Shown here: one piece after another, positions 1 through 13,347 of the stretch
Numbering within the stretch: position 1 is the stretch's first letter
Layout: the number at the start of each line of letters is the position of its first letter
Origin: Malacoraja senta
Lineage: Eukaryota
Assembly: GCA_038087875.1 (NCBI GenBank)
Contig: CM075990.1
Coordinates: 15,626,001-15,690,000, forward strand
DNA: 64,000 nucleotides
Direction of reading: 5' to 3'
The notes under the pieces: model-generated
Told to the model about the DNA's origin: nothing
Database searches by the model: none
Seen by the model: the letters and a program-made list of their open reading frames with translations, nothing else
Made by a program: the position numbers and the translations under genes

Positions 1-289
1 AATTTTTTGTCTTCTAGCTCTGTGTTTACCCTCATTGCATTAAACACACATCCAGCATCAGGGTTTGGGGAAATCTCACAGGCGGAAAGATTTAAACGAT
101 TTAGACATTGTTTTTTTTAATGTGGATGTGAATCTGACCTCTCCTATGAACCTTAATTTCATTGTTAATCAGGAAAAACAGGACATGATAGCTGGTTCAA
201 ATACCTCACCAGAAAATGAGTAATAGCTTGAGTAAAAATGTTGAAAGGGAAATCAAGTGACCGTCAGCTCCACTCCAGTAATCCCCAAA

Positions 290-745
290 GGGTCATAGAA
301 TTTTGCAGCATATAAACTGGACATTCGGCCCAACCCATGCTTGCCAACCTAGATGTTTATCTGAACTAGTCTCAGCTGCCTGCATTTTGGCCCATATCCC
401 TCTAGACCTTTCTATCCTGCCCAAATGGCATGCACGCAATACAATAGTGACCACCTCCACACCTTCCTCTGATGGCTCATTCCATATATCCACCGATCTC
501 TGTAGAAAAACCTGCCCCTCAAATTGCCTTTAAATCTTTCAACTCTTACCTTAAATGGTGGTTTTAGACTCTCCTGTCCTGGGAAAAAGACTGACGAACT
601 GTCTTATTTATTCTCCCTCATGATTTAGTATAGCTCTCAATGTTCTCCCCCCAACCACAGCATCCTACACGTCAGTGCCAACTACCCAGCCTCTCCTTGC
701 AACTCAAGCCTTCCAGTTCTGGTAACATACTCGTGAATCCTGACC
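290..745 (-). mobile_element. Degenerate CR1 (HER1-type) LINE 3' fragment
   Basis: Similar to the other HER1-type tails in the window (ggcccatatccctcta, ctgggaaaaagact motifs). Confidence 0.7.
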
Positions 746-1030
746 CATAACTACACTTCCTGACTTACATTTGTGGCCCACTATTACTCCAGCACGATGT
801 ACTTTTTTATTGTCAATCTTAAGTTGGGAGGGAAATTTTGGAACTGAGCAGATGCTTTGATAAGATTGGAAAGTTGCTGCAATCTAAATAACAAAGGCTT
901 TCAGCATTGTGAGCAGTTTGGCAAGCATGAGAACATGAGCTGCACCTTGGAAACAGTGAAAACTTGTTTTTTTAATCTGGCGCTGGAGCCAAAGAAAATA
1001 TGAACAATTCACAAAACCAAAATTGTGAGG

Positions 1031-1290
1031 TGGCACGGTGGCGTAGCGGTGGAGTTGCTGCCTTACAGCGCCAGAAACCCGGGTTCAATCCTGACTACGG
1101 GTACAGAGTTTGCACCTTCTCCCTGTGACCGCGTGGGTTTTCTCAAGGTGCTCTGGTTTCCCCCACATTCCAAAGGCATGCATGTGTACAGGTTAATTGG
1201 CTTCTGTAAAATTGTCCCTAGTGCGTAGGGTAGAACCAGTGTGGTCTCGGTGGGCAGAAGGGACTGTTTCCATGCTGTATCTCTAAAAAT
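1031..1290 (+). mobile_element. HE1-type tRNA-derived SINE
   Basis: A box TGGCGTAGCGG, B box GGTTCAATCC, central aggttaattgg, LINE-like tail ctgtttccatgctgtatctct. Confidence 0.9.
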
Positions 1291-1384
1291 AAAAATTAAA
1301 ATAAGAAAACCTTGGTCCAATGCTCTAAACTCCACACTCTCTCCTCTTGGGAGATGCACTTTGAAACCCATCTTTGTGACCAGG

Positions 1385-1481
1385 AGATAGACACAAAATG
1401 CTGGGGTAACTCAGCGGGACAGGCAGCATCGCTGGAGTGAAGGAATGGGTGACGTTTCGGGTCAAGACCCTTCTTCTGACT
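1385..1481 (-). mobile_element. PLE pLTR fragment inserted in an old L2-like 3' end
   Basis: gacgtttcgggtcaagacccttcttc motif; flanking duplication tgtgaccaggag. Confidence 0.75.
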
Positions 1482-1620
1482 GTGACCAGGAGTTTTATAC
1501 ATCGGCTATCATTACCTTCTGTGGCTCAGCATAAAGTTTTGTTGGAGAATACTCTTGCTATGTATCTAGGGGGGCTTTGATTGAGTTAAAGGTGCTATCT
1601 AAACACAAGTTGATGGTGTT

Positions 1621-2085
1621 GTGTTAAAGAAGGAACTGCAGATGCTGGAAAATCGAAGGTACACAAAAATGCTGGAGAAACTCAGCGGGTGCAGCAGCAT
1701 CTATGGAGCAAAGGAAATAGGCAACGTTTCAGGCCGAAACCCTTCTTCAGACTGATAGGGGGTGGGGAGAAGAAAGGAAAAAAGGAAAAAAGGCGGAGGA
1801 GGAGCCCGAGGGCTGGGGGATGGGAGGAGACAACCAGAGGGCTGATGAAGGGGAGGGGACAGCAAGGGCTAGCAGACCCAACTCTGCTAGCCCTTGCTGT
1901 CCCCTCCCCTTCATCAGCCCTCTGGTTGTCTCCTCCCATCCCCCAGCCCTCGGGCTCCTCCTCCGCCTTTTATCCTTTCTTCTCCCCACCCCCTATCAGT
2001 CTGAAGAAGGGTTTCGGCCCGAAACTTTGCCTATTTCCTTCGCTCCATAGATGCTGCTGCACCCGCTGAGTTTCTCCAGCATTTG
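1621..2085. mobile_element. Fold-back (inverted) PLE terminal repeat
   Basis: ~200-bp inverted arms centred near 1879; TSD gatggtgttgtgtt 1612-1625 / 2086-2099. Confidence 0.9.
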
Positions 2086-4155
2086 GATGGTGTTGTGTTT
2101 ACTCATTATCCAATAATATGGGCGACAATGACTCATACCAATCATATTCCAAAACAACTGCCACTGACAAGTAATTAATAGCACCAGTTATGCCTGGTCT
2201 ATCCAGGACCAGAAACATCAATCAAAAATTTCAATGAATATTTAAGATCCGACATGGTGATGAATTTCAGTCCAACACCCATTATTCATGGGAATATAAA
2301 TTAAATTGTTCACAAACTTCAGTGCGCAGACACACTTGTTAGCAGAAGCTGTCGCTATGAGTGAGCAACTGATGGAGGTAATGGAAATGGAGGATCAGGT
2401 GGAGGACACTGAAAAATGTTTGTCCAAGGTCTGATTTGGAGTTGTGCAAGTTGGTGGTCAGGCAGGAAAGAGGAGATGAAGCCAATAGTCAGATGAGCTG
2501 TGATCTTCTGGAATGGTGGAGTAGACAGACTCCTGCTCCTGTTTCTTAGGTGGTGATTCAGCAATCATCAGAAAGACAATATCTAACCCCAGAGTCGTCT
2601 GGCATTGAAGAGGGACCATTTGCTTCATTGGATGTCCGAGTTGTGTTACAAGGGCTTTAGCTAACGTGAGACCGTGAATTTTTAACATCATATCGAATTA
2701 CAGTAAGGGATGGTGGGCATGTCAATACATTGGCCGCAGAAAATCAAATTTAAAAATATGAACTGATCATATCTTTCATACTTTGGATGCAATAATATAA
2801 ATTCAACATATTTATGACCAAAACAACAATGTGTCTGTCAGCATCCATCCATTTGCGAGAGATGATGATGCGGCTTTGACATTGTTTAGAGAGGGGAATG
2901 TTTCAGAGAGTCATAGAGAACATAGAATCATACATCGATCAGACATTGATCCCTGGAGCTGAGGTTATATGAATAGATTGGAGAAACTAGGGCAGTTCTC
3001 CTTGAAATGGAGACCATAGAATCATACAGCATGGAAACAGACCCTTCAGCCCAACACGTACACACCAACCATCATGTCCCATCAAGACTAGTTGCACCTG
3101 CCTGCATTTGGCCCATATCCCTCTAAACCCGCCCTATCAATGTACCTGTCCAAATGTTTCTTAAATGTTGCGAAGGTACCTGCTATCATCTGTGGTTGCA
3201 TTTCCTGTGGTGGCTGACTTGGTCTATCCTTGACAGGCAGCCCCTCCCACAGCTTCCACAGGCAAAGTTGTCTCTGCCCATTGGATTGGGGAGCGTGTTG
3301 CTCTTACCGACGACCATTTTGTGGCCAATTCAGCCGTATTGAATTGAGTTTACATCACCCTGTAGTGACTGACCGGTTTTAACTTGTAACCTTTGCGTAT
3401 AAACCAAAGGTTGAGATCCCAATGGGGATCACTGGGTGGTGGAACTATGGTTCCTAAGATCATTGGCGGATTTAATTGATAGACTCATTGTGAAGGATGA
3501 CAGCACTTGCCGGCAGTCTCAACATTGTGAAAAATAACACTTAATATGTTGTTCTCATTTTGAAAGCACTGCTGTTTCATTAACCTTGCAGCGCAGTATA
3601 AATAATGTGTGCGACTGCTAATTAATGCTCTTTATTGTATATTTTTGGTCTCAAATGAGCCAGTTTAGGAGCATCAGCTTTTTGCTTTGTCATCACTTCA
3701 CTTAGCAATGCCTCGATCTATGTTTTCCTCACTGAACACTGAATATCATTCAACAGCCTTTCTCCAGATGGACTTTACTAAATTATACAGAGAAGCAGCT
3801 CCTGGCAATTTATCTTCATCCGTCTCAGTTTAATGAAAAATAAAGGTTTGGAGGGCCGATAGCTCATCACTCACTCAATCTGCTAAACAAAACACAAAAA
3901 GACTCTCTTTACTTCACGTGATACTCCCAGCTGCTTTCATAGTAATATCTGTTTTCAGATGATGCTGATCCGTTTCCTGATTCCATTTAAGATATGTGCA
4001 ATTTGTACAAATTACACTTCAATTGCTGCTGTCACAGAATCAGGGGCAACTCAAGAAAATTAAGATCGTTCATTACATACAATTAGTGTCAAAAAACAAA
4101 CGGAATGATACAAAAGCAGAGCCATGGTGAAATAAACATTTCTGTTTTTGCTGTT

Positions 4156-4357
4156 GTGTAGGAAGGAACTGCAGATGCTGGTTTAAACCGAAGATAGACA
4201 CAAAATGCTGGAGTAACTCAGCGGGACAGGGAGCATGTCTGGAGAGAAGGAATAGGTGACGTTTCGGGTCGAGACATGAAGAAGGGTCTTGACCCGAAAC
4301 GTCACCCATTCCTTCTCTCCAGAGACGCTGAGTTACATCAGCATTTTGTGTCCATCT
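4156..4357. mobile_element. Fold-back PLE pLTR element
   Basis: aggaactgcagatgctgg...gacgtttcgggtcgagac then the inverted gaagaagggtcttgacccgaaacgtc... Confidence 0.85.
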
Positions 4358-6879
4358 CTGATTTCGCTATTGTTGAACTCCCTCACGACATGAGAAAAGA
4401 AATGTTGTATGCATCTTCCTGGCTCACTTTAGAGTCAGAGTCTTACAGCATGGAAACAGACCCTTCAACCCAACTCACCCACACCGGCCAACATGTCCCT
4501 TCTACATTAGTCCCACCTGCCTACGTTTGGCCCTTATCTCTCTAAACCTGTCCAATCCATGTATCTGTCTATATGTTCCTTAAACATTGTGAAACTATCC
4601 ATTTCTGTGGATATATAATGAACATCATGAAAAATAAAGCAAAAACACTCTGAACCTGTCTTCTACATAAAACAAGGGTAACTGCAAGAAAAAATTGGCA
4701 GTTTCTTGGACTTGGACCTTAAGGCACCTTGCAATCAAAACCCTGCCCTTTGTAATGTGCAGCCTAAACCCTTCATCCATACATTCTGAATCCATTTTGA
4801 ATTTCTTGGAATCCATGCAGTCGCCAAGTTATTGCAGGATCTGACTCGGAGGCAGCCATGTGGAAGTTAATAAACAAAATGCCCAAGGATCTCAATGGGT
4901 TATGCCACACCTGCGGAGGGAACTTGACATTTCAGGTCCCAACCCAAAATACCGTCAGTCCACTTCCCTCCACCGAGATCCATTGAGTTCCTCGAGCCCT
5001 TTGCGTTTTTTTGCTCAAGATTCCCGCATCTGCAGTCTCTTATGTCTCCAAGTGGAAGGTAACTTAGAAACATAGAAAATAGGTGCAGGAGGAGGCCATT
5101 TGGCCCTTCGAGCCTGCACCGCCACTCATTGTGATCATGGCTGATCATCCACAATCAGTAACCCGTGCCTGCCTTCTCCCCTTGCGTTAGGCAAATCCCT
5201 AACAATTAAGAGGGAAGAACAAACCTTTCTTGAGAGGGCAACAGAACAAACCTTTCTTGTCATTAATTTCAATTCATCCTGACACGCAGACTTACGAATA
5301 CTTTATATGTCTTAACATGATAATATTAACTGTGAATTCTCAATTGTCATGAACATTATCATAATGGATGATTGAACAAACTAATGTATATTACACCTGT
5401 ATAATCGATCTTATGGTGAAAGACTCACCCTCACTTTAGTAACACCTACAATGTTTTAGCCAAGTTGTTTTTCCTCACTCAGTCTGTGGTTGAAAGCAAT
5501 AAACTATTGTGCTGAGGTCAAAGGCTGTGGAGATGACTGATATGAGCACAAGAAACTTCAGCTTGAGGCTAATGGTCTTGGAAATTGAAACATGAGCAAC
5601 CAAAGGCTTCAAATGCAGAGCCCCTGGAGCTACATGTTTCTGATGCACGGGCCGATCAATGTGTTCCATGAAGGCTTCCTCAGCAGAAAGAACAAAACAA
5701 AGCTTTGCATTTAGCACCTGAGCTCGTCACTTGCAGCCTGTGAAGAAATCAGATTCACCAGAGATGACGGATGTAGACACAACTCTACCCTGGTCCCCAA
5801 AACCAGACGCTACATAAAAACCCTTCAGAGAATGAAAAGAGCGAACCTCTTATAAGCTAAGGGAGTCATAGAGTCATGGAACCATACAACATGGAAACAG
5901 GTATTTCGGCCCACCTTGTCCATGCCAACCAAATTAGCATATTGGGCTAGTTCCATTCGTCTGCATTTGGCCATAGCCCTCAAAACTATTCCTATCCATA
6001 TATATGTCCAAATATCTTTATGAAGTTGTTTCATGGTCCTCAGTCGATTTCATTGCAGCCCTGGCACTCTTTCTTTAGTCAGAGAGTGGTGAATCTGTGG
6101 AATTCAAGGCCAAGTCATTGGGTATTTTTAAGACAGAGATTGACATATCCTTGATTGGTAATGGTGTCAAGGGTTATGGGGAGAAAGCAGGAGAATGGGG
6201 TTGGGAGGGAAATATAGATCAGCTACGATTGAAAGGCAGAGTAGAGTCAATGGACCCTATGATTTATGAATTTATGAACCTAGGTTATGACAGGGTTCTG
6301 AGTCTGAGAACTGTTTGTAAATCAAACTGCTCGCAAGTTGGAAATGAACAAAGTGTGTGGGAGAAGGATGATAGAAACAGCCATGATGGGAGAGCAAGCA
6401 GGAAGAGAGGTCTCCAGCTAGCCTCACTGACCCTGGGAGGGAGCGAGTGAGTCTTCTCAGCGCGCCCATCCCTGCTTGGCTCCACCAAGCCTGTGGTTGT
6501 TCAGGCTCAGGAGTGTGAGTGGGGGAGAGAAGGATACTGTTCCAACTCTGCAAAAGATGCCTGTGTGCAGCCTCAGAAAACCCATCTGCGTGCAGGTAGC
6601 CCGTCTCCTAAATGTTTGCTTGTTTGCATGTAGAGGCTGTCCATAAGTCAGGTATTCATAACCATGGATTATCTGTACAATATATTCCTGGGTTCTGTAT
6701 TATGTTATTTTGAGGACAATCTAGCATTCAAGCATTATCCCAGGTCCTGTGTACTATACATTACAGTAGGAGGGTCAAGGAACAGCAGGAGAGCTCCTGA
6801 TCTTAGAAAGCAAGATCAGATGGAACTTGGAATCCATGTTTATTGCAAGTGCGGAGGTTGGGCAAAATGGTGATGGCAT

Positions 6880-7180
6880 CTCACTCAGTTACATGAGCCA
6901 CGGCTAGATGGGTTGCAAAAAGACGGATTTGAATAGTGGCGCAGGTGGTGCTCAGAGGAGTGAAGGAAGCCAGCAAGGTGAGGTTGATTCACCCGGAGTA
7001 GCAGCAGCGGTGGAGATATCAGCCACAAGAACAGGGAGCACTTCATCATCATCACACACAAGCAGTGCTTGCGTTAAGACATAACGTCAATGCAATCATG
7101 GTTAATGAGCCAATGAGCAGAGCCATGTTCACAGGTCAATGGACGTCCAAGTAGAAAATATAGGGAAGGAGAATTGGAGG
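6880..7180 (-). mobile_element. Possible ancient L2/CR1-group LINE endonuclease N-terminal remnant
   Basis: Frameshifted minus-strand translation loosely resembles the APE motifs NxxS...ID/xxLTETW and SFEH. Confidence 0.35.
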
Positions 7181-7330
7181 AGTATTATTGGCATAAAATT
7201 AGGTTACAGGACCATGGCGAAGGATAGAAGAAGTCTGTCCCAGGCACAACGGGGAAAGAGAGAAGGGACAATATGAGAGTCTGAAGTTTAGAGACCATTT
7301 GGACCTTGACACCTAAAGAGGGTCCATTTA

Positions 7331-7633
7331 ACTTTGTTTTACTTTTAGAGATACGATAAGGAAACGGGGCCTTTGGCCCTCCAAGTCCGTGCCGATCAGC
7401 GATCACCTGTACACTAGTTCAATCCTACACACTAGGAACAATTTACATGGGCCAATTAACCTACAAACCTGCACGTCTTTGGGATGTGGGAGGAAACCGG
7501 AGCACCCGGAGGAAACCCACGCTGTCACTGAGGGAACGTGCAAACTCCATACATACAGCACCCATAGTCAGAATCGAACCAGCGTCTCTGGCACTGAAAG
7601 GCAGCAACTCTACTGCTGCGTCACCGTGCCACC
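7331..7633 (-). mobile_element. HE1-type SINE
   Basis: Reverse complement of the SINE at 1031 (ccaattaacctacaaacctgcacg, ggatcgaacc-like B box). Confidence 0.9.
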
Positions 7634-8384
7634 CTAAAGAAGAGACAGTGTGCGAGCCTGAGGTTCAGAGGTCATTTACTGCTTGACATGTAGAGGATAG
7701 ATGTATTTAGCTTGGGTCAATGATGAGTAAAAGTACAAAGACTGGTATGGATCCTCTCCAACCCTGACGGAGGCCCGCCATGACTGCACTCCGAGGGAAT
7801 CAACAAAAGTGAGGAAGTCCCATGAGAAACCAAATGCCATGGGAGGCGGGAGAGTTGAGTGTGAGCCAATGATGGCAGGTGCAGGAGCCACAGTGGGAGC
7901 AGTAGTCTCTGCTATTTGTGACACACAACTGCAGTCAGGGATGAGTGAAGCCCACAGCCAGTGGAAGCCGTTGGAACATGGCTGTGGGATGTTCACTTGG
8001 CACAGAGACACACAAAGGAAATCCCCCAACCGGGGGAATGAATGAAAGACCACACGCGAGCCAAACAGTAGTTTATCAAATGCATCCCTCAGATGCTGAA
8101 ACAACAAATCTGAGCCATTGGCTGATGCAACACTGGGTGAAGCAGTCACCATGGTTTCAACAGAGTGAGTCAGTAACTCGGCAGCACCGTCTATCTGAGT
8201 CAGCTCTGCTCCCTGCCCTCCAACTACAGGCTCAGTTCCAGGGCAGAGGGAATGCGAGGGAGGAGTTCTTCAAATTATCTCCAGTAAAACTAGCCAAGGA
8301 GGAGGGAAGCACTAATGGTCACTATTCTTGATCACACCCCGTCCACTAATGGGGGTCCTAAACTGAGTCTCCCAAGTGAGGAGG

Positions 8385-8858
8385 TACGAGGATGTTGCCA
8401 GGACTAGAGGGTCTGAGCTATAGGCAGAGGTTGAGTAGGCTGGGACTCTATTCCTTGGTGCGCAGAAGGATGGAGGGTTAATCTTATAGAGGTGTATAGG
8501 ATCATGAGAGGAATAGATCGGGTAGATGCACAGAGTCTCTTGCCCAGAGTAGGTGAATCAAGGACCAGAGGACAAGCAGTAGGTTTAAGGTGAAGGGCAA
8601 AAGATGTAGTAGGAATCTGAGGGGTAACTTTTTCACACAAAGGGTGGTGGATGTATGGAACAAGCTGCCGGAGGAGGTAGTTGAGTCAGGGACTATCCCA
8701 ACATTTAAGAAGCAGTTAGACAGGCACATGGATAGGACAGGCTTGGAGGGATATGGACCAAGTGCTAGCAGGCGAGACTAGTGTAGCTGGGACATGTTGG
8801 CCAGTGTGGGCAAGTTGAGCCGAAGGGCCTGTTTCCACAGTATCACCCTATGACTCTA
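8385..8858 (+). mobile_element. CR1/HER1 LINE 3' end
   Basis: ORF with FFTQRVVDVWNKLP...FKKQLD; tail gaagggcctgtttcc shared with the SINEs. Confidence 0.92.
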
Positions 8859-9534
8859 AGTGGACACACTACAATGACCTTCTGGTGCTTTCAGTCCAGG
8901 CCTACACACTGCCCAAGAACAGGCTCTTTGGCCAACAATATCTTTACTGATGCCAAGATGTTCATATCCCTCCATACAGTGCATATGCATGGGCCTATCT
9001 AAAAGTCTCTTAAATGCCACCTATGGATCTGCATCAACACTAACTCTGGCAGCTCGTTCCAGGCACTCACCACCCTCTGTGCAGAAAATCTTCCCCCCTG
9101 CATTTCCTTTAAACCTTTCCCACCTCACCTTAAAACTCCAGTATTTGTTGGGGAAAAAAGGTTCTGACTCTCTACCCTATCTGTGCCTCTCATTTTATAT
9201 ACAGAGATTCCGTGGAAGACACAGAGAGGATACAATGGTGCTGTTATTGGAGAGGAATGAGGGGCTCATCTTATTGCGATACAAAGAACTGCAGATGCTG
9301 GGATCTTGAGTAAAAACCGAGTGCTGGAGCAACTCAGCGGGTCAGGAAATCTTATCGAAACCTATAAACTCCAAAGCAGGAGGGACAGGGTAGATGTCAA
9401 GATGATTTCTCTCATAGGAGAACATGGTTCCAAGATAAGGGGCTGACTATTTTTAATGCTGGTATGTGGACATTTCTTTGTACATTGACTGTCTGGAATT
9501 TTCTATCCCATATTTAAAGTGAAAACCTTTTTTA

Positions 9535-9838
9535 TTTTTTTTATTATAGAGATACAGCGCAGAAACAGGCCCACCGAGTCCCCCGATACCAGCGAACCCC
9601 GCACATTAACACTATCCTGCACACATTAGGGACAATTTACACATACACCAAGTCAATTAACCTACATACCTGTGCGTCTTTGGAGTGTGGGAGGAAACCG
9701 AAGATCTCGGAGAAACCCCGCGCAGTTACGGGGAGAACGTACAATCCGTACAGACAGCGCCCGTAGTCGGCATCAAACCCGGGTCTCCGGCGCTGCAAGC
9801 GCTGTGAGGCAGCAACTCTACCGCTGCGCCACCGTGGC
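9535..9838 (-). mobile_element. HE1-type SINE
   Basis: Full-length; pol III boxes on the minus strand. Confidence 0.9.
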
Positions 9839-10127
9839 CCCCCAAAAGATGGAAAGCAAAATGAAAAGATCATGCATTGAGGGCTGAGGAATGTTCCAGA
9901 GGAGGGGTTGAGGCCTGGGTTGGATTAGCTATCATTATATTGAACGCTGGAGCAGGCTTGTGAGATAAGGTGGTCTTATATCCTGATGGAATTCATCCCC
10001 TCTATCATTACATTCACCGAATGTTTTATTTCAACTTAATAAATGTTGAAGTCAATTGTGAAAGAAGTGATTCACTGGAGAAGGAGAACACAAGAAATTT
10101 AACTTCCAGTCAAAACTGGTGCCTTAC

Positions 10128-10412
10128 TTTAGTTCAGTTTATTTTATTTTAGAGAATCAGCATGAAAACAGGCCCTTCGTTCCACACCAAATATCAATCA
10201 GCTGCTTATACTAGTTCAGTTATCCCTCTTTCTCATCCTCTTCTTAAACATTAGAGGCAATTTTACAGTGGCTAATTAACCTACAAACCCACACATCTTT
10301 GGGATATGGGAGCATACCGGTACACCCAGAAGAAAGCCACACTGTCACAGGGAGAATGTGCAAACTCCACACAGACAGCACCCGAGGTCAGTACCGAACC
10401 TGGGTCTGCACC
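10128..10412 (-). mobile_element. HE1-type SINE (diverged)
   Basis: gctaattaacctacaaac core and aaacaggcccttcg tail. Confidence 0.8.
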
Positions 10413-11025
10413 ATTGGGTGGCCAAAGATTGAATTTCCATGGGGTGGAATCTTCAAACGATACACGTTTGGGTCGAATGATATACGGTAAGCTCCTGGAA
10501 AAGCAAACTTGGGTGCCTGAAAAAGCATCTCTGCTGAAAACTAGATCGCTGCAAACCAAGAGCATTCTGGTTAACTGCATTCCCAGCATTTATTCAATGT
10601 GACATTGTAAGTGACTCATACATATAATTGGTTATATGACAGACCATTCCTCCCAACACTTAAGTGACTCACACTGTTAATTGCTAAATGGAAAGAATTG
10701 CAAAGTAACCCTTGCCAGTGTGGTTGTTTATGGCTGGAAGTAATATTGTTGTCTCTGAATACTGAAAAAGACACAAGTGCTGGAGTAACTCAGTATGTCA
10801 GGCAGCAACTCTGGAGAACATGGATTGGCTATGTTCTAGGTCAGGATCCTTCTTCAGACTGTGGCAAAGTGGTCCCCCAACGCAATATTCCACCTCTCCA
10901 CCAATTCCAATATTGGTGGCCAGTGGGGGGAGGGGGGGAGCTTTCTGGAGCGCTAGTATGGGTGTGGGCCAAAGGGACTGGTTTCCAGAGGGCTAGTATG
11001 GACATTGTGGACCAAATGGATTCTT

Positions 11026-11221
11026 GGGCTGGCAGCTCAGTCACTCAGGCCTGGTGGGCTGGCAGCTCAGCCACTCAGGCCTGGTGGGCTGGCAGCTCAG
11101 TCACTCAGGGCTGGTGGGCTGGCAGCTCAGTCACTCAGGGCTGATTGGACTGCCAGCTCAGTCACTCAGGGCTGGTGGGCTGGCAGCTCAGTCACTCAGG
11201 GCTGGTGGGCTGGCAGCTCAG
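11026..11221 (+). repeat. ~30-bp minisatellite (gggctggcagctcagtcactcagggctggt), ~6.5 units
   Basis: Direct reading. Confidence 0.95.
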
Positions 11222-11671
11222 AAACTGCCAGAAATTCCGCCCAAAACAGGTGAAAGACTGTGAGAGAAAAGGGGGAGAGGGTGGAGAATCAATTTTAGAC
11301 ATTTTTCATCTATTTCTGCGGATCACAGCAATGAAGGAGTGAAAGTCTATCCTGGCCTGGATCTCACAGGGAGCCAATGAAGGGAGGAGAAAAATACTGG
11401 GGTGCACCATTAATGCAGGTTTAATCCTTGCAAGGGGAATACTTACTGATGGGCCGAAGGGACTCCTCCTGGACTAGTACAGGCCTAATGGGCTGAAGGG
11501 ACAAAAAAAATCTGTGAAATCTCAGTGAAAGGCATTCCTTCTGGACTTTTCCTGGCCTGGCATGGGCCTTTTGGGCCAAAATGCTCTTCCTAGGCTAATA
11601 CGGGCATTTTGGGCAAAAGGGACTGGTTTCTCGGCTAATAGGGGCCTTTTAGGCCGAAATGAGTGGTTTCA

Positions 11672-12156
11672 GGCAGGCCAAACAACTAATTTCATTTTAT
11701 TTCCATTGCCATTTCAGTTTCAAGCACAGGGCAGGTCAAACAATTCAACTCATTTTCCTTTCATTTAATTTCCATTGCCATTTCAGTTTCAAGCACAGGG
11801 CAGGCCAAACAACACATCTAATTTTCTTTTCATTTCATTTCCATTGCCATTTCAAGCACAGGACAGGCCAAACAACTCATCTCATTTTCATTTCATTTCA
11901 TTTCCATTGCCATTTCAGTTTCAAGCACAGGGCAGGCCAAACAACTCATTTTATTTTCATTTCATTTAATTTCCATTGCCATTTCCGTTTCAGGCACAGG
12001 GCAGGCCAAACAACTCATCTAATTTTCATTTCATTTCATTTCCATTGCCATTTCAGTTTCAAGCACAAGGCAGGCCAAACAATTCATTTCATTTCATTTC
12101 CATTGCCATATCAGTTTCAAGCACAGGGCAAGCCAAACAATTCATTTTATTTTCAT
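11672..12156 (+). repeat. ~55-65-bp minisatellite (caggccaaacaactc...atttccattgccatttcagtttcaagcacaggg), ~8 units
   Basis: Direct reading; source of the spurious repetitive ORFs here. Confidence 0.95.
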
Positions 12157-12584
12157 TAAGGGCTAACAAATCATTTATTGCAAGTACATTGCACACTCAC
12201 AGTGCAGTAGACTCACAATTCAGTTGACTCACAGCAGAATCACAGTTGTAGCCTCTCCCTCGCGATCTTCCAGAGTGTCTGACTCATGTCCAGGCATCGG
12301 GAAATTTATAGTCCTGCCCCCCCCCCCCGGAAGGGGTGGTACCTTCATCATGGTGATTGACAGGCGAGAGGACCAATCAACTGAACTCAAGATTTTTTAA
12401 ACATTCATAACTTTTTTATTTTTCATCGATCGGAAAAATCCTCGGGGCTGCCTCAGCAGAGGAGGACTGTGAGTAAGATGGCCAAAAATCATAGCGATAT
12501 AGGGTAGCGGTTTTTCTAAAATCAATATACAGCGCAGACAGGAAGTGGTCAAGATGAGACTTTTAGTTATATAGATAGATAGAT

Positions 12585-13345
12585 GATGTAAGGGGCAAGT
12601 TTTTTAACAGAGTGTGGGAGGTATCTGGCCTGGGTTGGTGACAGAAGCAGATACAAGAGTGGCATTTTAGAGGCTTTTAGATAGGCACATACATATGCAG
12701 GGCACAGAGGGATATAGATCAGGTACAAGAAGGGATTAATTTAACTTGCCATCATGTTTGGCACAGCGATATTGGGCCAAAGGCCCTGTTATGCTGCACT
12801 GTTCATGATCTGTAAAGTTGCAATTGTGGAGACATCAAAAGATATTGTCATAAACTTTGTTTCAGTGAGGAAACAATAGGGTACAGGTGTAAGGTAAACA
12901 AGAATGGTCCCAGGGATGATTGGGTTAACATATGGGGAACGATTGAAGGCTCTGGGCCTGTACTGACTGGAGTTTAGAAGGATGAGGGGAATCTCAATGA
13001 AACCTATTGAATAATGAAAAGCCCAGATCAAGTAGATGTGGAGAGAATGTTTCCAGAATTGGGGAGAGTATTGGATGAAAGGGCACAGCCTCAGATTAAA
13101 AGATATAACTTAGAATGGAGATGAGGAGGAATTTCTTTACCCAGTGGGTGGTGAATCTATGGAATTCATTGCCACAGACGGACATAGAAGACAAGCCATT
13201 GGATATTTTTAAAGTGGAGATTAATAGGTTATTGATTAGAAGGGCAGAAATGGTTGTGGGGAGAAGGCAGGAGAATGGGGTTGAGAGGGAAAAGTAGATC
13301 AGCTATGATCAAATAGTGGAGCAGACTCAATGGGCTGAATAGCCT
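12585..13345 (+). mobile_element. Two CR1 LINE 3' fragments
   Basis: RRNFFTQWVVNLWNSLPQ motif; CR1 tails. Confidence 0.85.
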
Positions 13346-13347
13346 AA

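Larger units (their letters stand above)
10866..12576 (+). mobile_element. Helentron/DINE-1-like non-autonomous element with internal tandem arrays
   Basis: End region aaaatc...cagacaggaagt...ttttagttatatagat resembles DINE-like ends; two internal satellites; left boundary uncertain. Confidence 0.5.

Noticed and set aside
1031..1110. tRNA gene-like A/B boxes
   Set aside because: These are SINE heads continuing into the SINE core and tail; no full cloverleaf.
2355..2691. Protein-looking short ORFs (ESVYSTIPED...)
   Set aside because: No family recognised, stops in all frames, no convincing splice sites.
7676..8331. Several 78-158 aa overlapping ORFs
   Set aside because: No motif recognised; probably decayed repeat or chance ORFs.
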